Assembly (NCBI RefSeq): GCF_001194135.2
Contig: NC_068994.1
Location: 36,645,995 to 36,709,994 of the forward strand
From: Octopus bimaculoides
Lineage: Eukaryota
Direction: 5' to 3'
DNA: 64,000 nucleotides
Shown: positions 39,236 to 52,279 of the stretch, in pieces
Layout of the letters: every line of letters begins with the position of its first letter
Position numbering within the stretch: position 1 is the stretch's first letter
The notes under the pieces: generated by a model
Told to the model about the DNA's origin: nothing
The model's database searches: none
Seen by the model: the letters and a program-made list of their open reading frames with translations, nothing else
Position numbers and translations under genes: made by a program

Positions 39236-40441
39236 ATGTGGAACATGCTAGCAATGATATGCTAATATGAACTGTTATCAAAGATTCTGAGCAGTTATAC
39301 ATTAGTGTTCAAACACACAAACATATATATATATATTTAAACCATCATTTGTAATCGTCTTAACATCTGCTTTTTCCATGTTAGCTTTGATTGGATGAAA
39401 CTCCTATACAAGCATGGAGAAAAATGGATGCAGGAACAATGATGACGATATATGAGAATATATATATTGTTGCTATTATGGAAAGGTGTCATAAATCCTA
39501 AATGTTACTTTTTCAGAAAACAAAAAATATAGTTTCACCATTCCAGTTTCAGCTTAACAATAATACTTTGTTGGGTGCATAAAATCGTAACTCCATGCAT
39601 GTATATTTTCAACCAGAAATATTTTTGCAAAACTGTTGTATATGGGACTTACTACACTTTTGAAAAATGCTAAACCATTGTACTACACTTTGACAATTTT
39701 CATATCTTGGCATCTGAAGCAGCTGAAGATATAATTTAACCAAAAGAACCAGCTATTGGAAGCAAAATTAAATATTGGAAAAAATGCATTTGGCCAAATT
39801 TGGACATATGACAGTTTAACATAATAGCAACGATATATATCATAAATACTTATACACAAATACGTTTTTCACTGTTAGATATGAAGTCTGGAGGGTTCAA
39901 ATTCAACTTGCCTTTTACTCCCTCATGTTTGGGGCTAAATAAGAAATTATTAACTCATACATCTGTCTTTTGAGGCTATTTGAAGATTTGAGGATTGTAG
40001 GAAAGAGTTTCAATGTATTATCAGTTACCAATGGATGTTTTAGTTCCAAAGAAAAGTTTGTTTCAACAGTGTGGAATCATGTTTAATGAAAAATAATCTC
40101 AAATCTGTTTCTTTTCATCTTATTTCCACTGACTCTGCACTATTCCAAATCAATGCTGGTCAAATTAGTTTTAGCTTCAGGAAATAGGAAATTTTAAAGA
40201 ATAAAATAAATTACCACAAAAGCTAGAGAAACTACTTTTTTGCTCCACTGATAGTTTTTCTTTAGATGTCATTAAGTTTATTACAGTAGATTGTCTTACT
40301 TTCAATGCTGTAATATTGACATTTACTTTCATTATCAAATATCACCTTTTCTCCATATTTTTAAATGTTATGAAATTTTTTTTTGCTAGTTAGTTTTCTT
40401 AGTGTCCTTTTATTCATATGTGTGTGTATGTGTATCAATCA

Positions 40442-40494
<53 letters not shown>

Positions 40495-40536
40495 CCTAGC
40501 AGTATGTGTACATATATATATATATATATATGTATG

Positions 40537-40567
<31 letters not shown>

Positions 40568-40659
40568 GTGTGTGTGAGTGTCTGAGAATAAAATTTAATA
40601 ATTGATGGATACACTAGTTTTCCCTCACCTTTCTTTTCCATAAGAATATTATTATCAGT

Positions 40660-41260
40660 ACTGTTGTTGTTGTTACTGTTATTATTATTCTTATTATTAT
40701 TTGAGTGAGGGAGTACCGTATGCCATCAAAGTGACACTGGAGTACAAATATATGAAGCCTAATATACCCCTCATGACTACCCATCTGATAAAGGTACATG
40801 AGGCACATGCATCACAACCACATGTACACAAAATGATAATCTCATATCAAAATAAACAGTAAATGACATGTGGGACTCAGTTAGAATTTTCTTCATGTTG
40901 AGTAGCCCATCCTGTTCAAGAGGTCCCTGAATGAAGGTTGTTTAAGGATGATGAATGAAATATCCAGAGGGGAATTATTCAAACCCCAAAGAATCTCTCT
41001 CTACACATGGCTATGATGCTCCCCTGCGACTCCTCTTCATGATCTGAGGTACAGTATCATCAGTCATCAAGAGACATGCTCAACTGGTCAGAGTCAAACA
41101 ACTAACAAGCAAATCTGTAGTATTGAGCAGAATATTTGCTGTAGCCCATCTTTTTATACCAAGACAAAACATCTAGATGTTAACACTTCCAATCAGCTTA
41201 GATCAGAAGCCATGAGAACAACTGCCTGGTACTGCATTAAAGCAAACCTACTGCTTGGTA
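40660..41260 (-). repeat. (TAA)n-tailed retroposon-like repeat, ~600 bp, same family as 27841-29135
   Basis: Colinear match from TGCCATCAAAGTGACACTGG to GATCAGAAGCCATGAGA..CTGCCTGGTACTGCAT. Confidence 0.8.
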
Positions 41261-42411
41261 CTGATCAGGGTAAGAAGGCATTGCCTGGATAATGTTTTGC
41301 TTCTGTTTTCAAAATATGATCTTGTCTAGCATTACCAAGTGAAATTTTCATAGGAACACTTTTAAAAAGAAGGCTTCCTTTGAAACCCAAGGTAGACAAC
41401 AATAACAAAATAAATAAATAAAGGAGGTTTGAAATTTTATTTACACTCATTTCATTTTCATATTCCAAATGACTGCTGCACATATGTTAGAAGTCTAAAC
41501 ATTGCAATGGGGGAAAAAAATCAAAACACAAAGTTAAATGTACAAGTGGAAGAAGAAAATGAATAGTTTAGGGAAGAATTAATAGAAGAAAATACTCCAA
41601 ATACTGAAATAAGTGATTTTGAAGACAGGGACAATAGTAACAACAACTATAACAGTTGTGGCTCTTATACAATTTCAGATACTGTGTTCTGTACATATAG
41701 CAGTTGATCAAAAGCAAACCTTCTTATCACAGTTACAAGAAAAAAGTGTCAGAGAATTTTGTAAAATCAAACAGCATTTCTTTGCCACAGAATCAAGTTC
41801 AAGAGAGAGCAAAGCAAAAGCATATATATCTGCTGAGAGAATGGCAGTGAAATAAAAAACTTCCCTCACATCAAGTAGTACAACAGGTTCTTCATGATAT
41901 ATTGGGAAGTTTTCTTAAAACAAAAAGTTATGCCACTATCAACTGTATCTTTAAAATTGTAGGAACAGCCAAACCACCAGCTGAAATTTTCAGTCAAACC
42001 TCTGTTCCCAGTACATGAATCAAAAAAATATTAAGTTGCATTGGAAACATCATAGATTCATGGCTAGTTGTCACTTTTGAATCATAGCATGGGAGAGTGA
42101 CAAAGTAAGGTTAATGAAAGGTGACATGTGGTCAGGAGGCATTGAAATGGCTTTGGAAGTTATAATAACAACTGAAGGCCACAGCCATATGGCACTGTAC
42201 CTTCTAGAAGGCAGTTTGGCAAAGCATGAGATTGATGATGCACAGTAGGAAGTCTAATTGCTACATTTGTTGGAATAAAACTCATCTTAGATCTATATAC
42301 CCAGAAATACAGGAAAGATTATGCACCACCACAAAAAAGTGTAGAATAATAAAGATAAATAAAAAGAAAAATTAAAGTAATGAAGATTGCCAGCAACAAC
42401 AAAGAAATTTC

Positions 42412-43276
42412 AAAAATCAAACAGTTAATAGTCTAAAATCATATAGTACTAGTGCCACAAACTTTCTGAAGAAGTTATAATGACACAAAAGAAGTTAGGT
42501 TCAGAATAGAAACATGCAAACGATAGATTATCAGTAAAATTAAAACTAAGATATTACACCAAATTTAACAGAAATTAACCTCAAGATGGTGTTTTGCAAC
42601 ACCAGGTATCTCAGTAAATGCTTAGTGGTGCATTTGGTTGCACTTGCATATAAATGGTTAGGATCATAAAGTGCTCTGACTCAACCTAAAGCAACAAAGT
42701 ATCACCTGTAAAAACTATTGGTATGGCAAATGAAATATCTTTGTCTAACATCAGAAATAGATGGGCAAACACCTCAACACCTTAACAATGCTAACCTGTG
42801 GTACCTCAGTTTCATCATGTAATTATAAAGAAATGATAATTACAGAAAAAGGAATCAACTAAAAGTTATAGAAAAATGGGAAGACTCAATATGAATTGAT
42901 GAAAATAGGTGAGGAGAAACAAAATTTTTTGAAATGACAAAATTCTTCCTCAGCAAAATAATGAAGAAAATGAAGAGGAACTCAGATTCACCATTTTGAA
43001 AAAATCAAACAGTTAATTGTCAAAAATTACATAGTACTGGAGCCACAAACTTTCTGAAGAAGTTATAATTGTACAAAAGAAGTTAGGTTCAGAATATAAG
43101 CATGAAAAGATAGACTATCAGTAAAATTAAAACTAAAACCTCAGATCAAATTTAAAAGAAATTAACCTCAGGATGGTGTTTGGCAACACCAAGTGTCTCA
43201 GTAAATGCTTACTGTTGCCTTTGGTTGCACTTGCATATAAATGGTTAAGATCATAGAGTGCACTGACTCAACCTAA
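42412..43276. repeat. diverged ~278-bp direct repeat (42412-42689 and 43000-43276)
   Basis: Shared blocks CCACAAACTTTCTGAAGAAGTTATAAT, AAAAGAAGTTAGGTTCAGAATA, CTCAGTAAATGCTTA and TTTGGTTGCACTTGCATATAAATGGTTA. Roughly 85% identity by eye. Confidence 0.9.
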
Positions 43277-43589
43277 TCAGTAATATTTCATGTATTATTT
43301 CCTCTAAATATATCTTGTTTTAATTATTGTTTTATTTTGCCTTGTTTATTTCTCTACAAATAAGTGTGTATGTATGCATGGGAACATATGTACATAAATG
43401 TGCATGTGTATATGTGTATGTATTCCTTGAAAATTCTTGATACATTCTTCCACATGCTGAATAATGTCTCTCACCCTCTTCTCTCATATTTGCAATCAGG
43501 ATTTTCACACACCATGTTATATTTTCTTTCTCTTTAATCCCATGTGGAAGTTTGTATCTCTGTCTTTTCAAACACTTTTGGTTAATAAA

Positions 43590-44260
43590 GGAAGGATTAA
43601 TATTATCAAGCTAGTACATGCCAACTTAATAAGTAGGAATGTTATTTTGAGGTTTGGTGACAACAAGTCTTCTCAAATCTCAAGAATCCTTCTTAGGATT
43701 CTTGCAGAATATATGATGGTACTTTTCTGCAGGTTGACAGTGCAAGTCTTAATTTCAATATCTTTCAATCTTTTTGGTAGCATTTTGGGTATTGTGCCAA
43801 ATGCATCAATTACTATATGAATTATTGTTGTCTTGCTCTGTCTTCCACAGTCTCTTCAGCTCTCTGGCTAGATGCTAACATTTTTCAATTTCTTTATTCT
43901 GTTATAAAAAGAATTTGCAAAATTTCTAATCTTACACTGTTTGTTTATATTGCCCTCTATTAACTTATCTGGTTTTCTTGCTTCAAAGGTATGGTCAGTC
44001 TTTATGGGTATGTTCCATAAGATCCTGTCATTCTCATTCTTTGTCAAAGCCTCTAGTTCATGTTCATGCCACTTTCCTGTTACTTCAAAACCACACACTC
44101 AGCTAACATCTCAATTGATATTTTTACCTACAAAGTCATGCCTGCACTTATATATTTTTTTTGTGCTAGTTTACTGCATTCACTCAAGAGATGATTGATA
44201 TTTTCATCTCCATCCCGGCAGATTCTACATTTGCTATCTGAGTTTTGTTGATCTTTGCCT
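43590..44260 (-). mobile_element. R4-type non-LTR 3' end: CCHC knuckle and restriction-like endonuclease
   Basis: SKCRICRDGDENINHLLSECSKLAQ, KWHEHE...ENDRILWNIPIKTDHTFEARKPD, IVIDAFGTIPK, SARILRRILEI* (stop 43673-43675). Confidence 0.9.
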
Positions 44261-44299
44261 TTATTTGATTTACCCTAATGGCTTATTATTATAACTATT

Positions 44300-45420
44300 A
44301 CTATCATCATCATCATCATCATCGTTTAACGTTTGTTTTCCATGCTGGCATGGGTTGGACGGTTTGACTGAGGTCTGGAGAGGCAGCGGCTACACCAAGA
44401 TCCAATCTGATCTGGCAATATTTCTACAGCTGGATGCCCTTCCTAACACCAACCACTCCGAGAGTGTAGTGGGTGCTTTTCACGTGCCACCAGCACAGAA
44501 GCCAGTCTGGCAGGCCTGGCGTCGATCACTTTCAGATAGTGCTTTCTACATGCCACTGTCAGGAGTTACTGGCATTGGCCATGTTTGGATGGTGCTTTTT
44601 ATGTGCTACCAGCATGGGAGCCAGTCAGGGGGCACTGGTCACAGCTACGATATTGGTTTTACTTGACTCAACAGGTCTTCTCAAGCATATCATATCGCCC
44701 AACGCATCAGGGGTATTCTTAACAGGGCCAGACATACATGGCTGTGATCTCACTTTAGTTGCTGGGTCTTCTCAATCACAGCACATCTCCAAAGATACTG
44801 GCCTCCTGTCATTGGCCTCTGTGAGGCCCAATGTTCGAAGGTCATGCTTCACCACCTCATCCCTTGTCTTTCTGGGTCTACTTCTTCCACAGGCTTCTTC
44901 TACAGTTAGGGAGTGGCACTTCCTCACACAGCTGTCCTCATTCATATGTAACACATGACCTTACAAGCACAGTTGCCTCTCTTGCACACCAAATTTGATG
45001 CTTCTTATGCCCAGCTTTTCTCTCAGGGCACTTACACTTTGTCGTGTAGGCACACTGACATTATACATCCAGTGGATCATACTAGCTTTGAGTGAGAGGC
45101 CCTTAGTTGCCAGCAGAGGTAGGAGGTCCTTGAACTTTGCCCTGGCTATTATTACTCTAGTCGCTACACTCTCAGTGCAACTACCCCCACTACAGACTTT
45201 GTCACCTAGGTAGTGGAAGCTGTTAACTACTTCTAGTTTTTCCTCCTGGCATGTTATGGAATCTGTTTTCTGTACATCTTCAGTGTGTATTGTCCCAGTG
45301 CATCTGCTATGCATGGAAACTATTTTCCTGGTTAACCTTCTTTTGATATTGCTGCACCTTTTATGTGTCCATAGCTTACACTGTGTACATTGTATGGAGT
45401 TTCTACCCACGCCTTGCCTA
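44300..45420 (-). mobile_element. RTE LINE, same family as 4990-6190, 5'-truncated with internal deletion
   Basis: ORFs 44961-45410 (GRNSIQCTQCKLWTHKRC...) and 44772-44954 (GRSRPRKT), the 3'UTR repeats and a (GAT)n tail. Confidence 0.9.
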
Positions 45421-45742
45421 TTATTATTATTATTGTGGAGGTATATGGCCTAATGGTTAAGATGTTGCACTCACAATCATGAGATTGTGGTTTCAATTCC
45501 TGGATCAGGTAGTGCATTGAGTTCTTGATCAAAATACTTAATCTCACATTGCTCTGTGATCACTTCAGCACCTAACATGTGGTATACTGTGCACCAGCAC
45601 AGGTAACATCAATTGATGGAAGGAGTGAGCTATTGTACAGCACATACATTTCATTACTGTCAACAAATCCTTTGTTCAGGTCATTCAGCAAAAACTGAAT
45701 GTTCATATGTCGTTTATAGTAGGATAATTCCTCCTCTTCCTC

Positions 45743-45776
<34 letters not shown>

Positions 45777-46319
45777 GTAGCAATATTGCTTTGAGAAAGT
45801 GTATTTGAAATATACCTTAGAATATATGTTTGTTGATTATATACAGAACCAGTTATCTTTTCTCTGTGTAGCCTAAATTACTTTGCTGTGAAGTATTGAC
45901 ATCAGAAATACAGAAACCAAATTTTCTAAAAAAAAACAAAAAAAAACAAAAAAAACAAAAAAAAACGAAAAATACATTATACAATGAAGAAAATCGAAAT
46001 TTCTGTATAAGCATTTTGTTGCTTTTGTAATTACTAATCTTTTAAATACTGCATTAGATGCTTGCAGTAGAATTAGTAGAAATGGTGTTTGTGCATTTGC
46101 AGTTAGATGTCTTTTTGTTTTATTTGTCATCCACTGACTTAAAAAATAGTACTTTCTTCAGGATAATAAAACAAGATTGATATGTATTTGGCATATACAT
46201 ATATACATACATTTGTTATAAAATGGTAGTTTAAACTTTGTCTGAAATAATTTTCATTTTGTTAAAGCTATTCCATAACGAGTTAATATATTTATCTTTT
46301 AATTGTTTCTGTTTTTAGA

Positions 46320-46680
46320 CCGCAGCCATTTTGAGACCTGCCTTGAAAGGATTAGTTGAAGAAATCCACCCCAGTACTTATTTTTATGCCTTGTATTTAT
46401 TCTGCAGGTCTCTTTTGCCAAACCACTAAGTTACAGGGATGTAAACAAACCAGCACCTGTTGGTAAGCAGTGATGGAGGACAAACTCAATTACAAAGACA
46501 CACATGTATTGATATATTCATATGTCTGTGTGTGTGTGTGTGTGTGTGTATGATGGGCTTCTATACGGTTCCCATCCTCCAAATCCACTTCTAAGGCTTT
46601 GGTTGGCCCAAGGTTACACTAGAAGTGGGACTGAATGCAAGATTACCTAATCAGAAAGCAAGCTTCTTAATCACAACATG
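46320..46680 (-). mobile_element. SINE family B
   Basis: Both halves present around (TG)n at ~46525-46550. Confidence 0.8.
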
Positions 46681-46723
46681 ATGGTTCACAGGTTTAATAT
46701 CTTGTTATATACTTTTCAGAAAA

Positions 46724-46939
46724 GGTGGCGAGCTGGCGGAAATGTTAGCACGCTGCGCGAAATGCTTAGCGGTATTTCGTCTGTCTTTACATTCAGAGTT
46801 CAAATTCCGTCGAAGTCAACTTTGCCTTTCATCCTTTCGGGGTTCATAAATTAAGTACCAGTTGTGTACCGGGGTCGATCTAATCGACTGCCCTCCCCCT
46901 CCCCAAAAATTCTGGGCCTTGTGCCTAGAGTAGAAACGA
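46724..46939 (+). mobile_element. SINE family A, young intact copy with 17-bp target-site duplication
   Basis: ATATACTTTTCAGAAAA at 46707-46723 and 46940-46956. B-box GTTCAAATTCC at 46798-46808. CpGs retained. Confidence 0.95.
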
Positions 46940-47499
46940 ATATACTTTTCAGAAAATATTCTGAATCTAGAAATAATTTTATTTAATAGCGGAGACTGTA
47001 TATTTTAGAGATTACATGTGAGTGATTAAGTGATTTACAAGTCAAAATATACAGAATATACAACAGCAGAAATAGTTAAAAGAGAAAAAATTAAAATATC
47101 TTAGAAGAAACAATAAATCTTTTATTTTATTTCGAGTTCAACAATCATTACAAGTGATTTTTACTACTATCTTGTACCATTAGGCATGTTTGCATGGTTA
47201 AGAAGTTTGTTTTGTAGCCATGTAGTTTGGAATTTAACTCCACTGCTTCGCACATCTTTTATTACAGCCTCAAACTGACTAGTTGTTTGAGTGAATTTTA
47301 GTTGACAAAAACTGTTCAGAAGCCTGTTAAGCACACACATACACATGCATGTATGTATAAATACACACAGACTCATCATTATCACCACCACCACTATCAT
47401 CATCATCCTTATATTAATGTACGGTTTTCCATGCTTGCATGGGCCACATACAATTTGCTAAGGCTGATTTTCTACAGTTCGATACCATTCTTGTCATCA

Positions 47500-47910
47500 A
47501 CCTTCACCTGTGGCTGTGTGGTAAGAAGCTTGCTTCCCAACTACATGGTTCTGGCTTCATTCCTACTGTGTGGCACTTTGGGCAAGTGTCTTGTCCTATA
47601 GCCTCGGGCCGACCAAAGCCTTGTGAGTGAATTTGCTAGACAGAATCTGAAAAAAGCCTATCGTATACATGTATGTATATATATATGTGTGTGTGAGTGT
47701 GTCTCTGTTTGTTCCCCCAGCATTACTTGACAGCCGATGTTGGTGTGTTTATATCCCTATAACTTAGCAGTTCAGAAAAAGAGACTGATAGATTAAGTAG
47801 TAGGTTTACAAATAATAAGTCCTGGGGTTGATGTCTTCAACTAAAACCCTTTAAGGCAGTGCTCCAGCATGGCCACAATGAAATGGCTGAAACATGTAAG
47901 AGAATAAAAT
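47500..47910 (+). mobile_element. SINE family B, full length
   Basis: TGGCTGTGTGGTAAGAAGCTTGCTTCCCAAC head through GCTCCAGCATGGCC..GCTGAAAC tail. Confidence 0.9.
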
Positions 47911-48022
47911 AACAAAAGAGTTTATTTTTTGGCTTGGCATTATTTTCATGGAAGATGAGAAACAAACAACATCACTTGCATGGCAGTGATGCTCATCTAG
48001 AACCATGATGTCAAGACTAGGG

Positions 48023-48108
<86 letters not shown>

Positions 48109-49419
48109 CACAATAAGCTTCTTTTCAGTTTCTGCCTCCCAAACCCTCAAAAGGCTTTGGTCAGCCTGGGGCTATAGTTGCTTTCACATAGTGCTGCACT
48201 GTGGAACTGAACCTGAAACCATATGGCAGGGTAGCGTAAGCTTATTAACCACACAGCCATACCTGTACCTACGTGTGTGTGTGTTTGCATCTTTGTGTTT
48301 GTTTTTTCTTTTGACAATACCATCGGTTTGTTTATCTCCCCATAACTTAACAGTTCACCATAATGTGGCTGATAGAATGAAATAATACTGGAATTAATTT
48401 AACTATGTCTTTCAAAGTGATGCTCCAGCATGGTTGGAATCCAATAACTGAGACCAGGAAAAGGGTATATAATTAACTCTACATTGACCATATACATTGT
48501 TTAATATATTTAAGGATTTGGGCCACAGAGTTTAGTTGAATATATTATAAAGTAACTATGATATAACTTATTCACATGTTAACTTTGGTTTGCTTTTATG
48601 GTTGCTAAAAATAGACCATAAAAATATTGTTCTTAAAATCATAAAATATTCAATAATATAGTAGAAGTTATTTTGAAAAGAAATTTATATACCACAGTTC
48701 TGTAATAATATTGATTTCTGATTTGGCACAGAGCCACACATTTATAGAAAAGGTGTTTATTCAAATGTATCACTGCTCAATAGGCAGCTGGTATCTTCTC
48801 TCATTATTGAGTCCTAGAAGGATAGAAGACACAGTTCACCCCAGCAGGATTTGAAATTAGAATATGAAAGAATGTGACTAACTGCTGCCAAATATTTAGT
48901 TTGCTTTGCCATCTTGTTGAGATCAACTTCGCTTTTCATATTTTCTGGGTTGATGGAATGGATGCCAGTTTAGCACTGGGGTCAATAAAAGAAAGGATTT
49001 TTTCCTAATTTGGGCACAACACTAAAATTTTTTGAGGGGAGGCGTTTGTCAATTACATTGACTCCAATATTTGGCTGCTTCTTTATTTTATTGATTCTAA
49101 AAGGATGAAAAGAAGTGCTGACTGGCAAGATTTGAACTCAGAATGTAAACAGCCATAGCTAAATATAACAAGATATTTCGTTGAAAGTTCTAATAATTCT
49201 GCCAATTCCACCCCCTCGCATTACACAATAATAATAATAATGATAATTATAATAGAACAGTAGCTGATTATAGCACAATTAGTCTCCCCATGTTAATAGC
49301 CATAACTGAAAACTGAAAATGAGAGATTCCTATGAAATACTGAAACACTTTATGATACCTTATTAAAAATAAATAAATCATAACTCCTGCTGTTGGTGCT
49401 GCTATAATATTCTTTTCTA

Positions 49420-49575
49420 TTCTAGGCACAAGGCCTGAAAATTTTGGGGAGGGGGTGGGGCAGTCGATTAGATCAATCCCAGTACACAACTGGTACTTGA
49501 TTCCTCCCCCTCCCCCCCCGAAAGGATGAAAGGCAAAGTCAACTTCGGCAGAATTTGAACTCAGAATGTAAAGTG
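49420..49575 (-). mobile_element. SINE family A, 5'-partial
   Basis: Reverse complement closely matches 46790-46939. Confidence 0.85.
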
Positions 49576-49614
49576 GCTACTACAATATTAAAAGTCTTCT
49601 GTTATTGCTATTGT

Positions 49615-49626
49615 TGCTGTGACAAT

Positions 49627-49657
<31 letters not shown>

Positions 49658-49763
49658 GCCACCACTATTACCACCACCACCACCATTACTACTGCTTCTG
49701 CTGCTGCTACTACTACTACTACTACTGCCACTACTACTACCACCACCGCCACCATTACTACTT

Positions 49764-49794
<31 letters not shown>

Positions 49795-49800
49795 GACTGC
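49615..49800. repeat. compound trinucleotide array (TAC/CAC/TGC)n
   Basis: Direct inspection. It accounts for the poly-Y/H/C/T ORFs in the track. Confidence 0.95.
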
Positions 49801-51063
49801 TGGGTCACATTTTCATACTGAAGATACTGAACAATCAATGTGCTTATTCAAATTTATTCATTGAATCTATTATTTTAGTTGTTCCTTTGAATTTAAATTT
49901 GTGTGGGTGCAGACAAAAGTGCTAGAAACTAGTATATGTTTTGCTATCAAAAAAAAAAAAAAAAGGAGACATTTAGCTAAGTTTGAGATAACCATTATTT
50001 TAGAATTATATATATATAAAAAAGAAAAAAAGAAGCCCAACAGCCCAAGGCAGTTTCACATGAAAAAGAAACGAGTTGTTGACAAACTATTAAGGTTTTA
50101 AAATCAATATTATTTTGGCTTAATTGAAACTATTTTGTATGACTATTTTGTTAAGGGAAATAATGAAAATATTTTTCAATGGAAATCATTCAAAATTCCT
50201 GCTTTTATTAGAATTTAAGTTTGGCATAAATTTTTATTTTTTTATTTTCTATCAATGACTTTCAAAATACACTCACTATGCACCAATGAAAACTGTTACC
50301 TTTCTCTTACTTATAATTACATTGGTAGGCAATAAATGTCTCTATTACACCTATGTGCACATTAATTTATAACTTTGCTAATTGACATTATCTCTAAAGT
50401 TATTAAATTCTTGTTGTAAAGTAATCAATACTATGATTACAGCAATGAAATCATCATTTTTCATATCAAAGTTACGTATCATAAAGCAAAGCTTATATTC
50501 AAGTGATTCACATTTTAAGAAGTCAAGCAATGTGGATTAATTGGTAGAGGTATTGCCAGCATAAGTTTCTAAAGATATATATAAAGATATGCAGGCTATA
50601 AAGAGTTATCTAAGGAAAGACAATATATTACTTCAAAGTACAAATACTGTATATATACACTGAGCTACTATTAATTTCGATCTATCGAATTTTACCCACT
50701 AAGCTTAGCTTGGCTAGTGCTATGAAAAGAATTACTTGCACAATGTCCTATATTGTGGTATCAAATCTGGAGTGGTATTGCTGTAGCTTCAGATTAGCCA
50801 ATAGATTGTAAGTAAAACTGGGTAGGTGGAAACTAAATAGAAGCCTGTCACTTGAATTGTACATGTAATTCAAAGTACCAGCCTGTGTCACTCTGATACC
50901 ATCTGAGAATGACATTAGGGGTAAATGTATTGACCACTTACACATTAACTCAGTGAACGTGATTGTTAAGTTGAGATGGAGCAACTGAAGATTCATGGTT
51001 GAAAATTCAGACCAAGAGATACATTTTCACTCTCTCTCTCTTCTTCTCTATTTCTCCCCTCTC

Positions 51064-51100
<37 letters not shown>

Positions 51101-51350
51101 CAGACAGACACACATGCAGGTTTAACTCATAAGCATGAGCTTAATCCAAAATCATAGCAACAAAATATATATCTCCCCCTTATTTCCGAACAGCCTATGG
51201 ATGGAGCAGAATGTATTGTGTTGGTCAATTATGGGTTAAACATACTGGCACACAAAATTCTAACCTTGAGTTCATTATTCTACGTGGCCTGACCGCACTG
51301 TTATGAACTTGTCGTGATCAGAAATACAAACACACACACACAAACACACA

Positions 51351-51411
<61 letters not shown>

Positions 51412-51564
51412 CTAAAGTAATAAGTTAAAAGTAAAATTTAAAATTTAAGCGTTGGGTATGTCCTTGGTAGTATGCCGATAAAGCACATTCGCTGCCTATG
51501 GTTACCTGGCATCATTCACTGTAATTGTATAATCATCACTGGATCTATGTTAGGAATTCCTCAG

Positions 51565-51733
51565 TGTACATTGAGTATAATAGAAACAATAGAGACGGAA
51601 AATGGAATAAATGGAAAACTTGAAGTTTCCTGTTTATTCCATTTTCTGTCTGTATTGTTCTATCATCTATAGTAGTAGTAGTAGTAGTAGTAGTATATAT
51701 ATATAATACTGTATAGACTCACACACACACAGT
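51565..51733 (+). repeat. unclassified hairpin-bearing short repeat (inverted partner at 55455-55933)
   Basis: TGTACATTGAGTATAATAGAAACAATAG... with an internal stem-loop at 51583-51660, then (TAG)n(TA)n ACTGTATAGACTC(AC)n. Confidence 0.8.
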
Positions 51734-51803
51734 ATTATATGTGTATGTATATATATATATATATNNNNNNNNNNNNNNNNNNNNNNNNNNNNNNNNNNNN
51801 NNN

Positions 51804-51838
<35 letters not shown>

Positions 51839-52200
51839 GTGTGTGTGTGCAGGTGTGTGTGTGTGTGTGTGTGTAAATAATAGTCCACACTATAAAGTGG
51901 TTGGTATTACGAAGGCCATTCAACCATAAAAATGATGCTGAAGCAGACATTGGATCTAGATGCAGTCATTTGATACATCAGTTCTTGTCAAACCATCCAA
52001 CCCATACCAGCATGGAACATGGATATTAAATGATGATGATGATGATGGAGGTGGTGATGTGTAAATGTAATGAATGTTGGAAGGTTTGGAAATTGTGATT
52101 GAGCTTGACCGCATCTGTTGTTTATGTGTCTTTCCTTTTTTTTTTCTGTAAATTATGTTGTCCTGCTTTATACTGTGCCACATTTTCATTAACACATACA

Positions 52201-52279
<79 letters not shown>

